Assembly (NCBI GenBank): GCA_918797485.1
Contig: CAKKNE010000005.1
Span: 3,906,001 to 3,970,000, forward strand
DNA: 64,000 nt
From: Pelagomonas calceolata
Taxonomy: Eukaryota
Direction: 5' to 3'
Each line of letters starts with the position of its first letter. Position 1 is the stretch's first letter. The notes beneath the pieces were generated by a model. The model was not told the origin of the DNA, ran no database searches, and was given only the letters and a program-made list of their open reading frames with translations. Shown here one piece after another: positions 51,527-61,845 of this stretch. A program made the translations under genes and the position numbers.

Positions 51527-53140
51527 ATGATCGCGAGCCGCACCGCCGCCCTGACCGGCGCGGCCGCCTGCGGCAACGACTCCGTGGTCCGCGACATCCT
51601 GCGGCCCCAGCGCGAGGGGCAGGTCCGCGAGCGCACCGACGGCGTCGGCGTGGACTCGCGCGAGCCGACGAGCGGCCGCACGGCGCTGCATTTTGCTATT
51701 TTAAACGATCGTTTGACGACGGTGGACCTCTTACTGTCTCTGGGCGCCGACCCGACGATCGCCGACGGTTCCGGAAGGAGGGCCTGCCACATGTGCGTCG
51801 TGCCGAAGCGGCACCAAATCTTAGACCTCATCCTGGCGACGGCCGCGGCGCGGGGCGAGGTCGACGTCGTGCTCGGGGCGCGCGACGCCCTCGCGCGGTG
51901 TCCCCACCACCTGGCGGCCGCCAAGGGCGACAAGGCGGCCGTCGCGACGATCCTCGACGCGAAGCCGGACCTGCTGAACATGGGAGATTGCACGGGCCGC
52001 ACGGCCCTCTGGCTCGCGTGCGCGCGGGCCTGCGAGACGTCGGGCCCGGCGCGCGAGGCCTTCGTGGCGACGATGGATCTGTTGATGCGGCGCGGCGCGG
52101 ACCCGAACGTGCGCGACGCCGAGCGGGGCGAGACGCTGCTGGGCTGGCTCGCGCGGACCGGCGAGGCGGCGACGGTCCGGCGCGTGCTCCGGGACTTCGA
52201 CGGCGCGTGGGGCCCGCGCGTCGAGCTCGACGTCCTCGACACCTACTTGGAACGGTCTCCCTTGGACTGGGTCGCCCTGCGCGCGGAGCCGGCGGCCGGT
52301 GCGTTTTCCGGCGTCTTTGTCTTCGACCCCACCAGAACGCCATCGCCGCGACAACAACAACTCACCGCTCGACAAAACGCAGGCGAGGAGGGCCGGCCGC
52401 CCTACGACCCGGCGTGCTGCCTCGCGTTGGTCGACGGCGGGGCGCGCGTGGGCGAGCGGCACGAGGCCTTGATCGCGCGGGCCCGGACCGAGGACCTGCC
52501 GCCCATCCCGGATTTTGAGAGGGAGAAGAGTCTGCACGTGCTGCACACGCGGCTGCGGCAGGTGGCCCACTCTAGATTGGACGTGCACGACGACGACGAG
52601 AACGAGGACGCTGCCGTCGAGCGCCTCGAGGCGAGCCTGGACGCGTACAACACGGCCGACGGCGAGGACGCGCCGCTGTCGCTCGTCGACTTCCACGCGG
52701 CGCTGCGCGGCGCGTTGCGGGTGAAGCCGTCGCTGGCGAACGACCACGACGTGAGCCAGGTCTGGGCGCGCCTCAACAAGCACGGCCAGACGGCGTCGGC
52801 GCGGACGTTCCTGAAGTGGGTCGGCCTCGCCAAGAAGCACGCGAAGAAAGTGGAGGACTCCAAGAGGGCTTCGAAAATGATGACGATGATTGGTAGCGCC
52901 TCGGCCTTCTCGTCGGGCGCGGGCGGGAAATCGTTGCTCATGAGAATTGCCGAGGCCGAGGGTCGTGAGACCGTCACGCGGGTCCTGAAGACCGACGACT
53001 TTGATGTCCAGGAAACGATCAAGGAGATGGCGTGGACGTCCGGCGCGTGGCGTGAAACCGAGGAGGAGATGTACCACACGTTCCTGGCGACGCGTAACAC
53101 GTCGTCGGCGAAGGGGAAGAGGAAGGGGACGCGGAGGTAG
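51527..53140 (+). CDS. Ankyrin-repeat protein
   Basis: SGRTALHFAILN...LLLSLGADP, GRTALWLAC and LMRRGADPNVRD. Confidence 0.85.
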   Translation: MIASRTAALTGAAACGNDSVVRDILRPQREGQVRERTDGVGVDSREPTSGRTALHFAILNDRLTTVDLLLSLGADPTIADGSGRRACHMCVVPKRHQILDLILATAAARGEVDVVLGARDALARCPHHLAAAKGDKAAVATILDAKPDLLNMGDCTGRTALWLACARACETSGPAREAFVATMDLLMRRGADPNVRDAERGETLLGWLARTGEAATVRRVLRDFDGAWGPRVELDVLDTYLERSPLDWVALRAEPAAGAFSGVFVFDPTRTPSPRQQQLTARQNAGEEGRPPYDPACCLALVDGGARVGERHEALIARARTEDLPPIPDFEREKSLHVLHTRLRQVAHSRLDVHDDDENEDAAVERLEASLDAYNTADGEDAPLSLVDFHAALRGALRVKPSLANDHDVSQVWARLNKHGQTASARTFLKWVGLAKKHAKKVEDSKRASKMMTMIGSASAFSSGAGGKSLLMRIAEAEGRETVTRVLKTDDFDVQETIKEMAWTSGAWRETEEEMYHTFLATRNTSSAKGKRKGTRR

Positions 53141-53210
53141 TCGTCGTTTGGGCGGGTAAGTATCTCACGTTCGCGGCACGCACGCGGCATATAGGCCTGA
53201 GGCCCCGGAT

Positions 53211-53232
53211 CTAGTGTGTCGACGACGCTAGC
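53211..53232 (+). promoter_or_regulatory. CTAG-N13-CTAG element
   Basis: CTAGTGTGTCGACGACGCTAGC between two convergent genes, upstream of a small ORF. Confidence 0.55.
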
Positions 53233-53702
53233 CTTTATAGCCGAGGCCAAAAAAGGCCAGAGGACGGAAGACGACGCGCGTTACCGGCGTCCGCGCGTAC
53301 GGGACGGCGAGAAGGGTAGCTGATTGCGGGCGCGAAATACGGGGCACGCCGGACCGATTTTGACCACCACGTAATGAAGTACGGCGAGTCCGTCGTCGTC
53401 GACGACCCGGACACGGCGCAGCTCACGGGCGAGGAGTGCCAGGCCGGCGACGCGGGCCTGCCGGCCGAGTGCGCTTGATCACTGTACGAGCTTGTACAAC
53501 ATTTCCCCGACGCGGACGCATCAAAAGCCTACGCCTAACCCACTCCCCGTTTCCCTCCCCCATTCTACGTTCTTTCCCTTCCCCCTTTGAGGACACAAGT
53601 TCTCGTGTGTCGCCTTATGTCTCTCTATGGGCGGGCACCCGTGTAAGAACTAACCTCACGTCGTTAACTAAACTTCACTTAAGGGACCCGTCGGCCGAGA
53701 GC

Positions 53703-54644
53703 CTACTTCCGCCCGGCGATGAGGATCGACGCGATGACCTCGTTCGTCGCCAGGACCAGCGACGCGAGGGGGCCGAGGTAGAGCAGCCGGGGCACGAGGC
53801 CCGAGAGGAGCACGCCCGGGCCCTCCTCGTCCACCAGATTGCGCAGGCCCTCGACGATGCCGACGCTCGCCGCGTCGCCGGAGCTCGTCATGATGCGCGT
53901 CTTGATCACATCAATCGGATGCGTCGCGCAGGCCGCGAGGCAGCCCGCGACGATGCCCAGCGCATAATTCAGCTGCGCCGACTGCACGGCGAAGGCCTCG
54001 AGGAAGACGCGGAAGAGCGCGAAGCTGAGCGAGTTCCAGGCGACGTCGCGCGAGATCGTGGCCACGGCGCCCTTGTAGAAGCCCGCGACGCCCTTCTCCT
54101 CCGAGATCGTCCGCACCGCATCAATCGCGTTCGGGTACATCTCGGCCATGCAGCCCTGCTTCACGACCTCCTGCGGGATGCGGACCGAGCCCGCGCACGC
54201 CGCGCCGCCCGCCGCGGCGAACAACTGCGTGAAGAAGCGGCCCGCGGCCGTGCTCGTGCACCGGTCGCCGAAGGCCGCCTCGATCTGCGTCCGCCAGTAC
54301 TTGACCATGGCGAACTGGATCGAGCCCGCCGGCACGCTCAGCAGCATCTGCGGCGCGAGGCCGAAGGGCAGGGCCTCGAGGAGCGTCGCCTCGATCGGGT
54401 TCTTCGTCTGCGACCGCGTCCGGATGACGTCGAGCGGGTGGAGAATCGTCTGCGCGACCAGCCTCGCGCAGGCGCCCGCGAGCACCGTCTCGCTGGGCGT
54501 CAGCTGCTCCGAGGCCGGCCGCTTCTTCGTCGCGCCGCCCTTGCTCACCTTGCTGAGAGCGGTGGGCTGGTGCAGCTGTCCTGACGGCGGTGAAAGGCGC
54601 GCGCTCGCGGCGCCGAGGAGCAGGTATAACAGAAGGCCCCGCAT
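53703..54644 (-). CDS. Mitochondrial carrier family protein (SAM carrier-like) with signal peptide
   Basis: Three MCF signatures (PLDVIRTR, PQEVVKQ, PIDVIKTR); MRGLLLYLLLGAASA. Confidence 0.9.
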   Translation of the reverse strand: MRGLLLYLLLGAASARLSPPSGQLHQPTALSKVSKGGATKKRPASEQLTPSETVLAGACARLVAQTILHPLDVIRTRSQTKNPIEATLLEALPFGLAPQMLLSVPAGSIQFAMVKYWRTQIEAAFGDRCTSTAAGRFFTQLFAAAGGAACAGSVRIPQEVVKQGCMAEMYPNAIDAVRTISEEKGVAGFYKGAVATISRDVAWNSLSFALFRVFLEAFAVQSAQLNYALGIVAGCLAACATHPIDVIKTRIMTSSGDAASVGIVEGLRNLVDEEGPGVLLSGLVPRLLYLGPLASLVLATNEVIASILIAGRK

Positions 54645-55038
54645 CGTTGTTTTTTTGTTCGTTTGTTGCAACTTTACGTCTGCAGCTCTCCAGTTTGCGA
54701 TGCGATGACAAGTGAGAGCGTGCGGTTTTCAACTCACGGAAGCGTCCTCTTGTCTGGCTAGGCACCTCTGCGCAGGGCTCCTTACGACGGATGATCCACG
54801 AAAAATCGAACGGGCCATGGCGCCCCGAACGAGAGAGCATCTCCGGCGCTATGCTTGAACGCCTGCTCTCCGCGAGCAGCTAGAGGCAGCCCAAGCCGTA
54901 CGAAGGCAGGGACAGAGAGCTCACGCGAAAGACTGCCCGCGTCGGCCGCGCCGGCATACTCAAAATAACTAGGCTCTGGAGGTCAGGCCAGAGCCACCCC
55001 AGACTCACTCCCTCCGACACCAGCAAGCCACCAGAAAA

Positions 55039-55875
55039 ATGCCCTGGAGCCCCCAGCCCCAGATCATGGCCCGCACCAAAGCGAGTCACATCCGGCTGCC
55101 CGCGGAACCCGCCGAGCACCGCGTCGTCGCGGGCACGCTGACCAACCGGCGGCGCATGGGCCAGGAGGCGCGTCGATTGGAGCGGACGTTCGGCCCCCAA
55201 CGGTTCAACCACTTGCGGCGGCCCGCGACGCCGCCGCCCGAGTGGCACATCGACGGCGAGGGCACGCCGCCGCCGGTGCGCTACGGGCGGCCGCGGCGCG
55301 CGAAACGCGCGCCGGCGCCCGCGCCGGCGGCCGTGCCGACGGGCGACTCGGGCCACCTCGTCCTCCCCGACGACTGCGTCTGGCCGCCCCCGGACTCGTT
55401 CAGAGAGAAGTCGCAGACCGGGGGCCGGCCGAGGCCCCGGGCGGACAAGTTCGTCGCGAAGTCGATCGTCCGCAACAACGGCGGCGCCCTGCGCCACGTC
55501 GAGCCCGAGCTCAAGGGCGACCGCGACGTCGTGCTGGCCGCGGTGCGCAACTCCGGCCGCGCGCTGGAGCACGCGTCGCCCTCCCTTAGAAACGACGCCG
55601 CCGTCGTCAAGGTCGCCGTGACCCAGGACGCCACGGCCCTCCGCTTCGCGTCGCACAAGCTCCAGTGCGACCCCGACGTCTTCGAGACGGCCATGGCGTC
55701 GCAGGGCTCGCGTTATGGCTGGGGCGACTCCCCAAAGCGGTCGCCGACGAAGTCGTCGTCCATGGAATTCCCCGCGCCGCTCTCGCCGAAAGCAAAGGAC
55801 CTCGTGCCGTCGCCGCAAGCGAAGGAGCCGGGCGTCGCGCGGCAGGGATCAGTGGTCTTGGAGGGATCCGGGTAG
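55039..55875 (+). CDS. DUF4116-repeat protein
   Basis: GALRHVEPELKGDRDVVLAAVRNSGRALEHASPSLRNDAAVV..AV.QD..ALRFAS. Confidence 0.8.
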   Translation: MPWSPQPQIMARTKASHIRLPAEPAEHRVVAGTLTNRRRMGQEARRLERTFGPQRFNHLRRPATPPPEWHIDGEGTPPPVRYGRPRRAKRAPAPAPAAVPTGDSGHLVLPDDCVWPPPDSFREKSQTGGRPRPRADKFVAKSIVRNNGGALRHVEPELKGDRDVVLAAVRNSGRALEHASPSLRNDAAVVKVAVTQDATALRFASHKLQCDPDVFETAMASQGSRYGWGDSPKRSPTKSSSMEFPAPLSPKAKDLVPSPQAKEPGVARQGSVVLEGSG

Positions 55876-55960
55876 CCTGGCTAAGTTTACAGGGTACTTG
55901 TTTACATTACTTTCACCACAACATTCGCGCCTGGTTGCCTTGAGCCCCGGTTTCGCAGGT

Positions 55961-55983
55961 CTAGTGCCTTACTGGACGCTAGC
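55961..55983 (+). promoter_or_regulatory. CTAG-N14-CTAG upstream element
   Basis: CTAGTGCCTTACTGGACGCTAGC, 107 bp before ATG 56090. Confidence 0.65.
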
Positions 55984-56089
55984 ATTATTGAAGGCACCGC
56001 AGCGCGACTTCAATCCACCTGTGTCCGACCGCTGGCCACCCAACATTCCATAACAGCAGCGCGTGAGACCCGCAATCCACACCAGAACC

Positions 56090-57480
56090 ATGCGCATCCA
56101 CCACGCGCTCCTCTGCCTCGCCGGCGTTGCAGCCATCACGCCGCGCGGCACCAAAGCCCTCCGCCTAAGAGGCGGTACCTTTTGTGAGTTCGAGGCCAAG
56201 CAGACGGGCGAACAATGTGGTATTGAGGAGCCCGAGAAGGAGGTCGTCAAGACTATCAAGGCCTCCGTGCTCTTTCCGTTCAAGGTGCTTGGTATCCGCG
56301 GCGGCTCCGACGAGGCCGATGAGGAAGACGAGGACGACGTCGACGTCGACGAGGAGGAGGCGGCGGATTTCCGCTGAGCGCCGGAGCCGCGCGGTACAAG
56401 TGCCTCCACAGACGAAGACGAATAGCGCGCCCCGCCGTATCTCTCCGCGGCGGCAGCGACATCTACGATGATGCTGACATCGAGGATGATGCTGATAAAG
56501 GCGCGGAAGGAGAGCTCGCCGGCGCCGGCGTGGAATGGGTGACGGCCAAACTCGAGGCAGCGGCCGCGGCGTTGGGCAAATCCACTGGCCTCGAACAAGC
56601 CGCACGACGAGCGAGATTAGAACAGCGCGTCGAGGACTATAATGCCTTGCAAAAGGCCTCGGGCACGTTTCACCGAGCGGTCTTAGTGTTACCGCTCACG
56701 CCCGAGTTCGATCCGCCGCGCGGCCAGCCGGGCCACGGTCGCGTCCAGTTCTCGGACCGCGTCTCCGCGTCGGCGAGCGTGGGCAAGGAGCTCACGAGGC
56801 GCGCGCTGGAGGTGCCGTGGCATTTCAAGCTCGAGCCGCTGGCCCGCAACGACGACGAGGAGCTCGTCGAAGAGCTGGGGTTCGAGGAGGTGCGGCCCAC
56901 GAGGATATTGGGCAAGGACCCTTTGAATAGACCCCTAAAAGCTCGAAATGGCGACGCGTTGGGGTCGGGCATCGGCGTCGTGCCGCCCCTGAAACGCGTG
57001 TTCTGCTCGCCTTTGGACTTCCGCGCGCCGGAGAACTTCCTGTTCGTGCCGCTATGGATGCTACGCGCCTTACGAGCAAAGCCGTACGACGTCGTCTTCA
57101 TGACGTGGGTCAAGCTCAACGACGGCGTCACCATTGAATTGCAGCCGCACCAGGACGCGTTCCTGAAGCTCGCGAACCCGCGTAGCGTCCTCGAGAACGA
57201 GCTCAAGTACTACTCGTCGGCGACGCGCGGGTCGACGATCTCCTTGCTCTACGAGGGCAAGCAGTACGACTTCGACGTGACGGACTGCGTCGGCCGCGAC
57301 GGCACGCAGCTCGACGCGTACAACCCCGAGCGCTGCGAGGGCGTCGCCATCCAGGACGCAGACGTTTCGCTTGATCTCGCGGCGCACGGCCTCGACAAGC
57401 CGCCCCAGAAGCAGCAGAAGGTTGCGGCGGACGGGGACGACGATGACGAGGAGGATGAGGATGAGGAGGAGGAGTCGTAA
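56090..57480 (+). CDS. UFD1-like protein preceded by a signal-peptide/LRGG ORF (56090-56377) in another frame; junction unresolved
   Basis: UFD1 core LDFRAPENFLFVPLWML, LQPHQDAFLKLANPRSVLENELKYYSSATRGSTI and GVAIQDADVSLD. Confidence 0.7.
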
Positions 57481-57489
57481 GGATCCTTG

Positions 57490-57511
57490 GCTAGCGGCTG
57501 TAAGATACTAG
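57490..57511 (-). promoter_or_regulatory. CTAG-N13-CTAG element (points away from the adjacent + gene)
   Basis: Minus strand CTAGTATCTTACAGCCGCTAGC, about 120 bp before ATG 57629. Confidence 0.6.
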
Positions 57512-57628
57512 GGATGCCTAGCCAAAGGGGAGCTGCGACGTGATTGGCAGCCGTCTCGAGCGCTGTCGTCTCGAGCGCTGTGGTTCATACACATTGCTCA
57601 GCACGAACGGCATCGCTGCGCTAGTGCG

Positions 57629-58720
57629 ATGCCACGCCAATTGCCGCCGGAGCTGATCCTGCAGGTTGGACAGTATGGGGACTGGCGCGGTGTCGTGAGT
57701 CTGCAGCGCGTTAGCAAAAGCATCCGCGCGTTGCTCGCCAAGGACACGAATCCCGAGCAGAATATCATCTGGCGCCACTGCGTGCAAGACCGCTGGGACT
57801 GGGTGCGTCAGGACGACGCGTGGCTAGCCACGCTCGGCAACTGGCGGCGCGCGTACGCGTACCTGCGGTGCGTCGGATTCGTCGCACGCGCGTCGAAGTA
57901 CGAGAATGACGAAGGTCCTTTCAGTCCTAGGACGCCGTCGCTGCGGGCCTCGAGGCCGCAGCAATATCTCTGTGTCCCGTCTGCTCCAATGTCGCTGGTC
58001 GAGGAATGCGCCGCGTCGGAGGAACCGCTGGCCGAGGAGGAGTGTAGCTGGTGTCGGAAATATCAACCCACACTGCGCAGATTTACTACGGCGTACGTGC
58101 GGCCGGGGTTTCTCCCGTTTTCTACGGCGTACATGTTCGATCATCCGGGGTTTCGCCCGGGAAATTACGTCTGGGAGGCGAAGTTCACGGTGCACGCGCC
58201 CCGCGGCGTGCTTTTGGGCGTCGAAACGGAGTGGGGACGGTGCTTCTACTTTGACATTGGGAACTGCCTCGGCAGGGTGATGGGCAGAGATGATGCAATC
58301 ATAATCGACGAAACTGGACCAATCATGGGTATGGAGGGGCCTTGGTTTCCGTATCTGCCCCCTGCCGACTCGCCGACGAGGGACCCGGCGCGACTGGTCC
58401 TCGTCGTCGACCTGTGGACACGCTCGCTTAGTCTCCACGCCGACCATGGTACGTACCAGGCCCACGTTTCCTCGCTGGGCCCTACACTCTGGGCGCCTCA
58501 CAACCGCGTGCGTCTCTTCGTGGCCTTCCCGCGTGAGCCGCTTCCAGAAAATCCGGCCCCGGGGGAAGCCGGGTATCTGTTTGGGGATCCCATCTGGGAC
58601 GAGCCATTTGGGTCAAGCCCCCGTTTTGGGTCGTCAATGACATGTGGGACGGGCGAGTGGGCCGACGGGGGGCCTCGCGGTCACGCCTTCCTGCACAGCA
58701 TCTGCCCGGTCCCGCGATAA
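57629..58720 (+). CDS. F-box protein with beta-rich (SPRY-like) C-terminal region
   Basis: QLPPELILQVGQY...LQRVSKSIR...IWRHCVQDRW. Confidence 0.7.
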   Translation: MPRQLPPELILQVGQYGDWRGVVSLQRVSKSIRALLAKDTNPEQNIIWRHCVQDRWDWVRQDDAWLATLGNWRRAYAYLRCVGFVARASKYENDEGPFSPRTPSLRASRPQQYLCVPSAPMSLVEECAASEEPLAEEECSWCRKYQPTLRRFTTAYVRPGFLPFSTAYMFDHPGFRPGNYVWEAKFTVHAPRGVLLGVETEWGRCFYFDIGNCLGRVMGRDDAIIIDETGPIMGMEGPWFPYLPPADSPTRDPARLVLVVDLWTRSLSLHADHGTYQAHVSSLGPTLWAPHNRVRLFVAFPREPLPENPAPGEAGYLFGDPIWDEPFGSSPRFGSSMTCGTGEWADGGPRGHAFLHSICPVPR

Positions 58721-58824
58721 AGAACTAACAGTACTAGTACTTCTTCTTCATAGAAGTTGCCTCCGACCCGGACGGGACGACGAGGAAACGTCGCCGTCAC
58801 GCACTAGGAGTAAGAAACCTCAGA

Positions 58825-59919
58825 TTAGAGCGCAGGGGGCGCGGGGTCAGCCTCCACCGCTCGTCGGCGCCGCGGCGGTTCATCGGTCTGAAGCTCCGCG
58901 CCGAACCCCAGGGAGAAGGACATGTCGAGCGAGTCCAGCGTCGCCGCGACCTCGTCCATGCGCGTCGAGATCGAGCGGCTCGAGTTCGTCCACTCCCAGC
59001 GCTGGACGACCTGCGGCCAGTTCTCACGGGTTGTGGGTATAGGGATAGCATAATCGTGGCGTTTAACGCGGAGCACCGCCAGCTCCACCAAACCAGGGGT
59101 CCCGCGCGCGCCTCGGCACGTACATTCCAACCGCCCGAGCTCCTTCGCATTGAGCCTTGACACGATATCGAGGGCGACCTCGGCCGGCAGGTTCTCGAGG
59201 TCGCCGAACGGCGGGGTTTTTGGCAGCGGGCCGATGGGCGGCTTCGGCGGCGCCGGCACCGCGGCGGCGGCCTCGGCCGCGGCTGCCGCAGCGGCGGCGG
59301 CTGCCGCCTCCGCCGCGACCGCGGCCGCGTCGGCCGCTTGAGCGGCGGGATCCGGCAGCGTCGGAGCGTCTACAGGGGGAGGCGTCGTCGCGCCGGCGCG
59401 GTCGGGGGACGGACTACATAGCCTCTCGCGGCGCCGCTTGACGCGCGACGCGTCCTCGGCGTCGGCGTCGGCGTCGCTTTCGCTCTCGACAGGTTCTCGT
59501 TCCGGATTGCGTTTCGCGCCCCGCGACGTCCAGGCCGCGTCCATGGGTTTGGTGGACAGCCGCAGCGCGCCCAGTGCCAGCGCGGCCTCGCCGCCATCGC
59601 CCAGCTTGCGCCGGCGCGGCCGCGGCGCCGGCGCCGCAAATCGTATGGGCGTGACCGTGCCGTCCGACGGCCGCGCCGGGTCCTCGGTTTCCGTATCAGC
59701 CTCGTCGTCGTCTCCGGCGTCCGCAGCGTCGACGACACGCGGCACGCTGGTCCGCTTGAGCTCCTCGCAGAGGCCCGAGAGGCTCCCTAGCGTCGACGGG
59801 TCGAGGGCTCCAATTTTCACGAGCTCGAGCACGTCTTTCAAGCTCCTCTCAGCCGCGCGAAGAACAAGGGCCTCGGCGCCCGCCGCGGGGCGTCCGCCCG
59901 CCGCGGGGAGTCCAGGCAT
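58825..59919 (-). CDS. Low-complexity protein with a C-terminal F-box-like motif
   Basis: LENLPAEVALDIVSRLNAKELGRLECTCR. Confidence 0.65.
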   Translation of the reverse strand: MPGLPAAGGRPAAGAEALVLRAAERSLKDVLELVKIGALDPSTLGSLSGLCEELKRTSVPRVVDAADAGDDDEADTETEDPARPSDGTVTPIRFAAPAPRPRRRKLGDGGEAALALGALRLSTKPMDAAWTSRGAKRNPEREPVESESDADADAEDASRVKRRRERLCSPSPDRAGATTPPPVDAPTLPDPAAQAADAAAVAAEAAAAAAAAAAAEAAAAVPAPPKPPIGPLPKTPPFGDLENLPAEVALDIVSRLNAKELGRLECTCRGARGTPGLVELAVLRVKRHDYAIPIPTTRENWPQVVQRWEWTNSSRSISTRMDEVAATLDSLDMSFSLGFGAELQTDEPPRRRRAVEADPAPPAL

Positions 59920-60166
59920 GGCTTTTTGCTGGCTTTTTGACGATGTCAAGCCAGGGATCCCCGGCCAACGGCGCGAGGTCGCTATAACGCAACTAGCTAG
60001 GCTTTTTGCTCGGTGACTTGTGCAAGGCCCTGTGCGGCCGCTGCGGCTAGAGGTGGTCTCGGTCGCGAACTATACGGAAGCTAGGAGCTATACGAAGCCT
60101 TCTACTGGCGCCTGGTCCGCTGCCGCGTACGATTAGTGCCAATTCAGCACGGCAAGCCGAGATTAC

Positions 60167-60190
60167 CTAGCATACCACATACATACTAGC
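60167..60190 (-). promoter_or_regulatory. CTAG-N15-CTAG element (weak variant)
   Basis: Minus strand GCTAGTATGTATGTGGTATGCTAG in a divergent intergenic region. Confidence 0.4.
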
Positions 60191-60334
60191 AATTTTAAGC
60201 TCGACGCTGTTGTGCCAAGCTCCAGTTGGCTCACGCATCAGTTCGCACATTGAAATTGCAAAAGCTTGCTCTCTGGACGCTGTGCGCACTTTTGGGCAGC
60301 CTACTGTCACCGAACTGAGGGGCAGCCACAAGAG

Positions 60335-61531
60335 ATGGCAGCACTGTGGGACCTGTCGGACGACACGGTGCCGCCCCGCCGGACGCCGCGCCGCCGCCGC
60401 CGCGCTACTATCGACTGCGACGACTGGGCGCCGCCAAGACGCGGCATGGTGAACGCCGGCGCGCTCGCCGGCAAGCAGGGTGCTCTAGCCGACGGTCACT
60501 ACGACGCCCTGCTGACTGTCGGCGTCCGGCGTGACGCGCCCGTGGACGCCATCACGGCGGCGCTGCGGCAGGCGGCGGTGTCTGCGGGCCTCGACACCAT
60601 CGAGAGCGAGAGCGCTGGCTACGTCCGCGCTTCAGGCGTCGTGCTGCGGGCGGGCGACGCGCGGTGCGAGCTGCAGGTCTGCTGCTTCGGGTCGCGGCGC
60701 GTCGCGGCGGTGGCCGTCCGCGTTGCCCGCCGCGGCGCGCGCAACGGCGACGCCTGCGCGCGGCGCGTGGCGACGGCCGTCCGCGCGGTCTTCGCCGACG
60801 CGGACCTGCGGGAGGCGGACGACGCGGCGCCGAGGCGGCGCTACCGCGCGGACGGCGCCGCGTCCGATTCTGACGAGTGTGGCCCGGGGAGCGGAGGCCT
60901 CGACGCCCACTTCCTGGGCCAGCTCGACGCGGCGGCGCGCGACGCGGCCTTCGCGGCCCACGAGCACCGCGCGGCGTGGCTGGGCGCGGCCGCACGCCGC
61001 GCGGAACGCGTCGCGCAGCAGGCCTGCGCCGCCATGGGCTTCGCCGCGCCCGAGGCGGCCTCGCCGCCGCCGCCGCCGCCGCCGAAAGCCGCACAACCCC
61101 CGCCGCCGACGCGGCGCGGCTGCCTCCGGGGCGCCCACGCGGCCGTCGCGGCGCGGGAGCGCGACCTGGCCGCGGCACGAGCGGCCGCCGCCGTGCAAAC
61201 AGCGGACGAGGCGGCCTGGCGCGCGTGCGCCGGACGCGTCGCGGCGGCGAAGGAAGCCGTCCGGGAGTCGGTAGAGAGGCTCCGGCGGAACAGGCGGCCG
61301 GTCCTGCGGCTGGCGCGGGCGCTCGTGGACGAACAGCCAGCGGTTGTAGTCCTCCGTGGCGACGGCGTCGCAGTCGGGCGTCGCGACTACGGGGCTGTGG
61401 CGCGCGTCTGCCGGCTCGGCGACGGCGCGCTCCGCGTCGAATGTCGCGGCGGGTCGTTCGCGCTGCGGCCGGCGTCGTGCTCGACGGACGTCGTGTTGGC
61501 GGTCCTCCGGGCGGTGGTCTCGTGTGTGTAA
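60335..61531 (+). CDS. Hypothetical Ala/Arg-rich protein
   Basis: Long ORF with GC3 bias; its 3' end is duplicated at 62817-62933 with the reading frame conserved. Confidence 0.65.
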   Translation: MAALWDLSDDTVPPRRTPRRRRRATIDCDDWAPPRRGMVNAGALAGKQGALADGHYDALLTVGVRRDAPVDAITAALRQAAVSAGLDTIESESAGYVRASGVVLRAGDARCELQVCCFGSRRVAAVAVRVARRGARNGDACARRVATAVRAVFADADLREADDAAPRRRYRADGAASDSDECGPGSGGLDAHFLGQLDAAARDAAFAAHEHRAAWLGAAARRAERVAQQACAAMGFAAPEAASPPPPPPPKAAQPPPPTRRGCLRGAHAAVAARERDLAAARAAAAVQTADEAAWRACAGRVAAAKEAVRESVERLRRNRRPVLRLARALVDEQPAVVVLRGDGVAVGRRDYGAVARVCRLGDGALRVECRGGSFALRPASCSTDVVLAVLRAVVSCV

Positions 61532-61822
61532 AGTGAACGTATCTCGGACTTGTATGCTTCCTGTTCCGCGGAACAAAACTGAGCAAAATGCAACTGAGCC
61601 GGTGGGTGGTCCGACTCGGCTCTTACGACAGATAGGGACGGGTAGGAGCGGCAATGATCAATCTGGAGAGGTCGCCGGCAACCGGGGCGAGCGGCGCGCG
61701 AAGAAGAAGGGCGGCAAGAAGTCGCGCCGCCGCTGAGGGGCGTAAGGAGTCGGTCTCGAAGTGTTGCTACTTAGGTCCCTCCTCCCGCGCGGCGCCTAGG
61801 ACTTCTTGGCTTCTTCGTGCTT

Positions 61823-61845
61823 GCTAGTGTCTTACCGCCGCTAGC
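61823..61845 (+). promoter_or_regulatory. CTAG-N13-CTAG upstream element
   Basis: GCTAGTGTCTTACCGCCGCTAGC, 160 bp before ATG 62005. Confidence 0.7.

Noticed and set aside
53238..53262. Minus-strand GGCCTTTTTTGGCC resembling U2 snRNA stem I
   Set aside because: No branch-point pairing sequence GTGTAGTA follows; treated as a simple hairpin.
51328..54584. Overlapping 280-420 aa ORFs around the ankyrin and carrier genes
   Set aside because: Arg-rich shadow frames without motifs, explained by the real genes.
56375..56377. TGA as possible selenocysteine (pelagophytes are selenoprotein-rich)
   Set aside because: Read-through reaches a TAG 15 codons later, there is no redox motif, and the UFD1 part is in another frame.
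6887..61845. CTAG elements as CRISPR repeats or intact MITEs
   Set aside because: Dispersed, ~23 bp, variable spacer, no array structure, and no shared flanking sequence visible.
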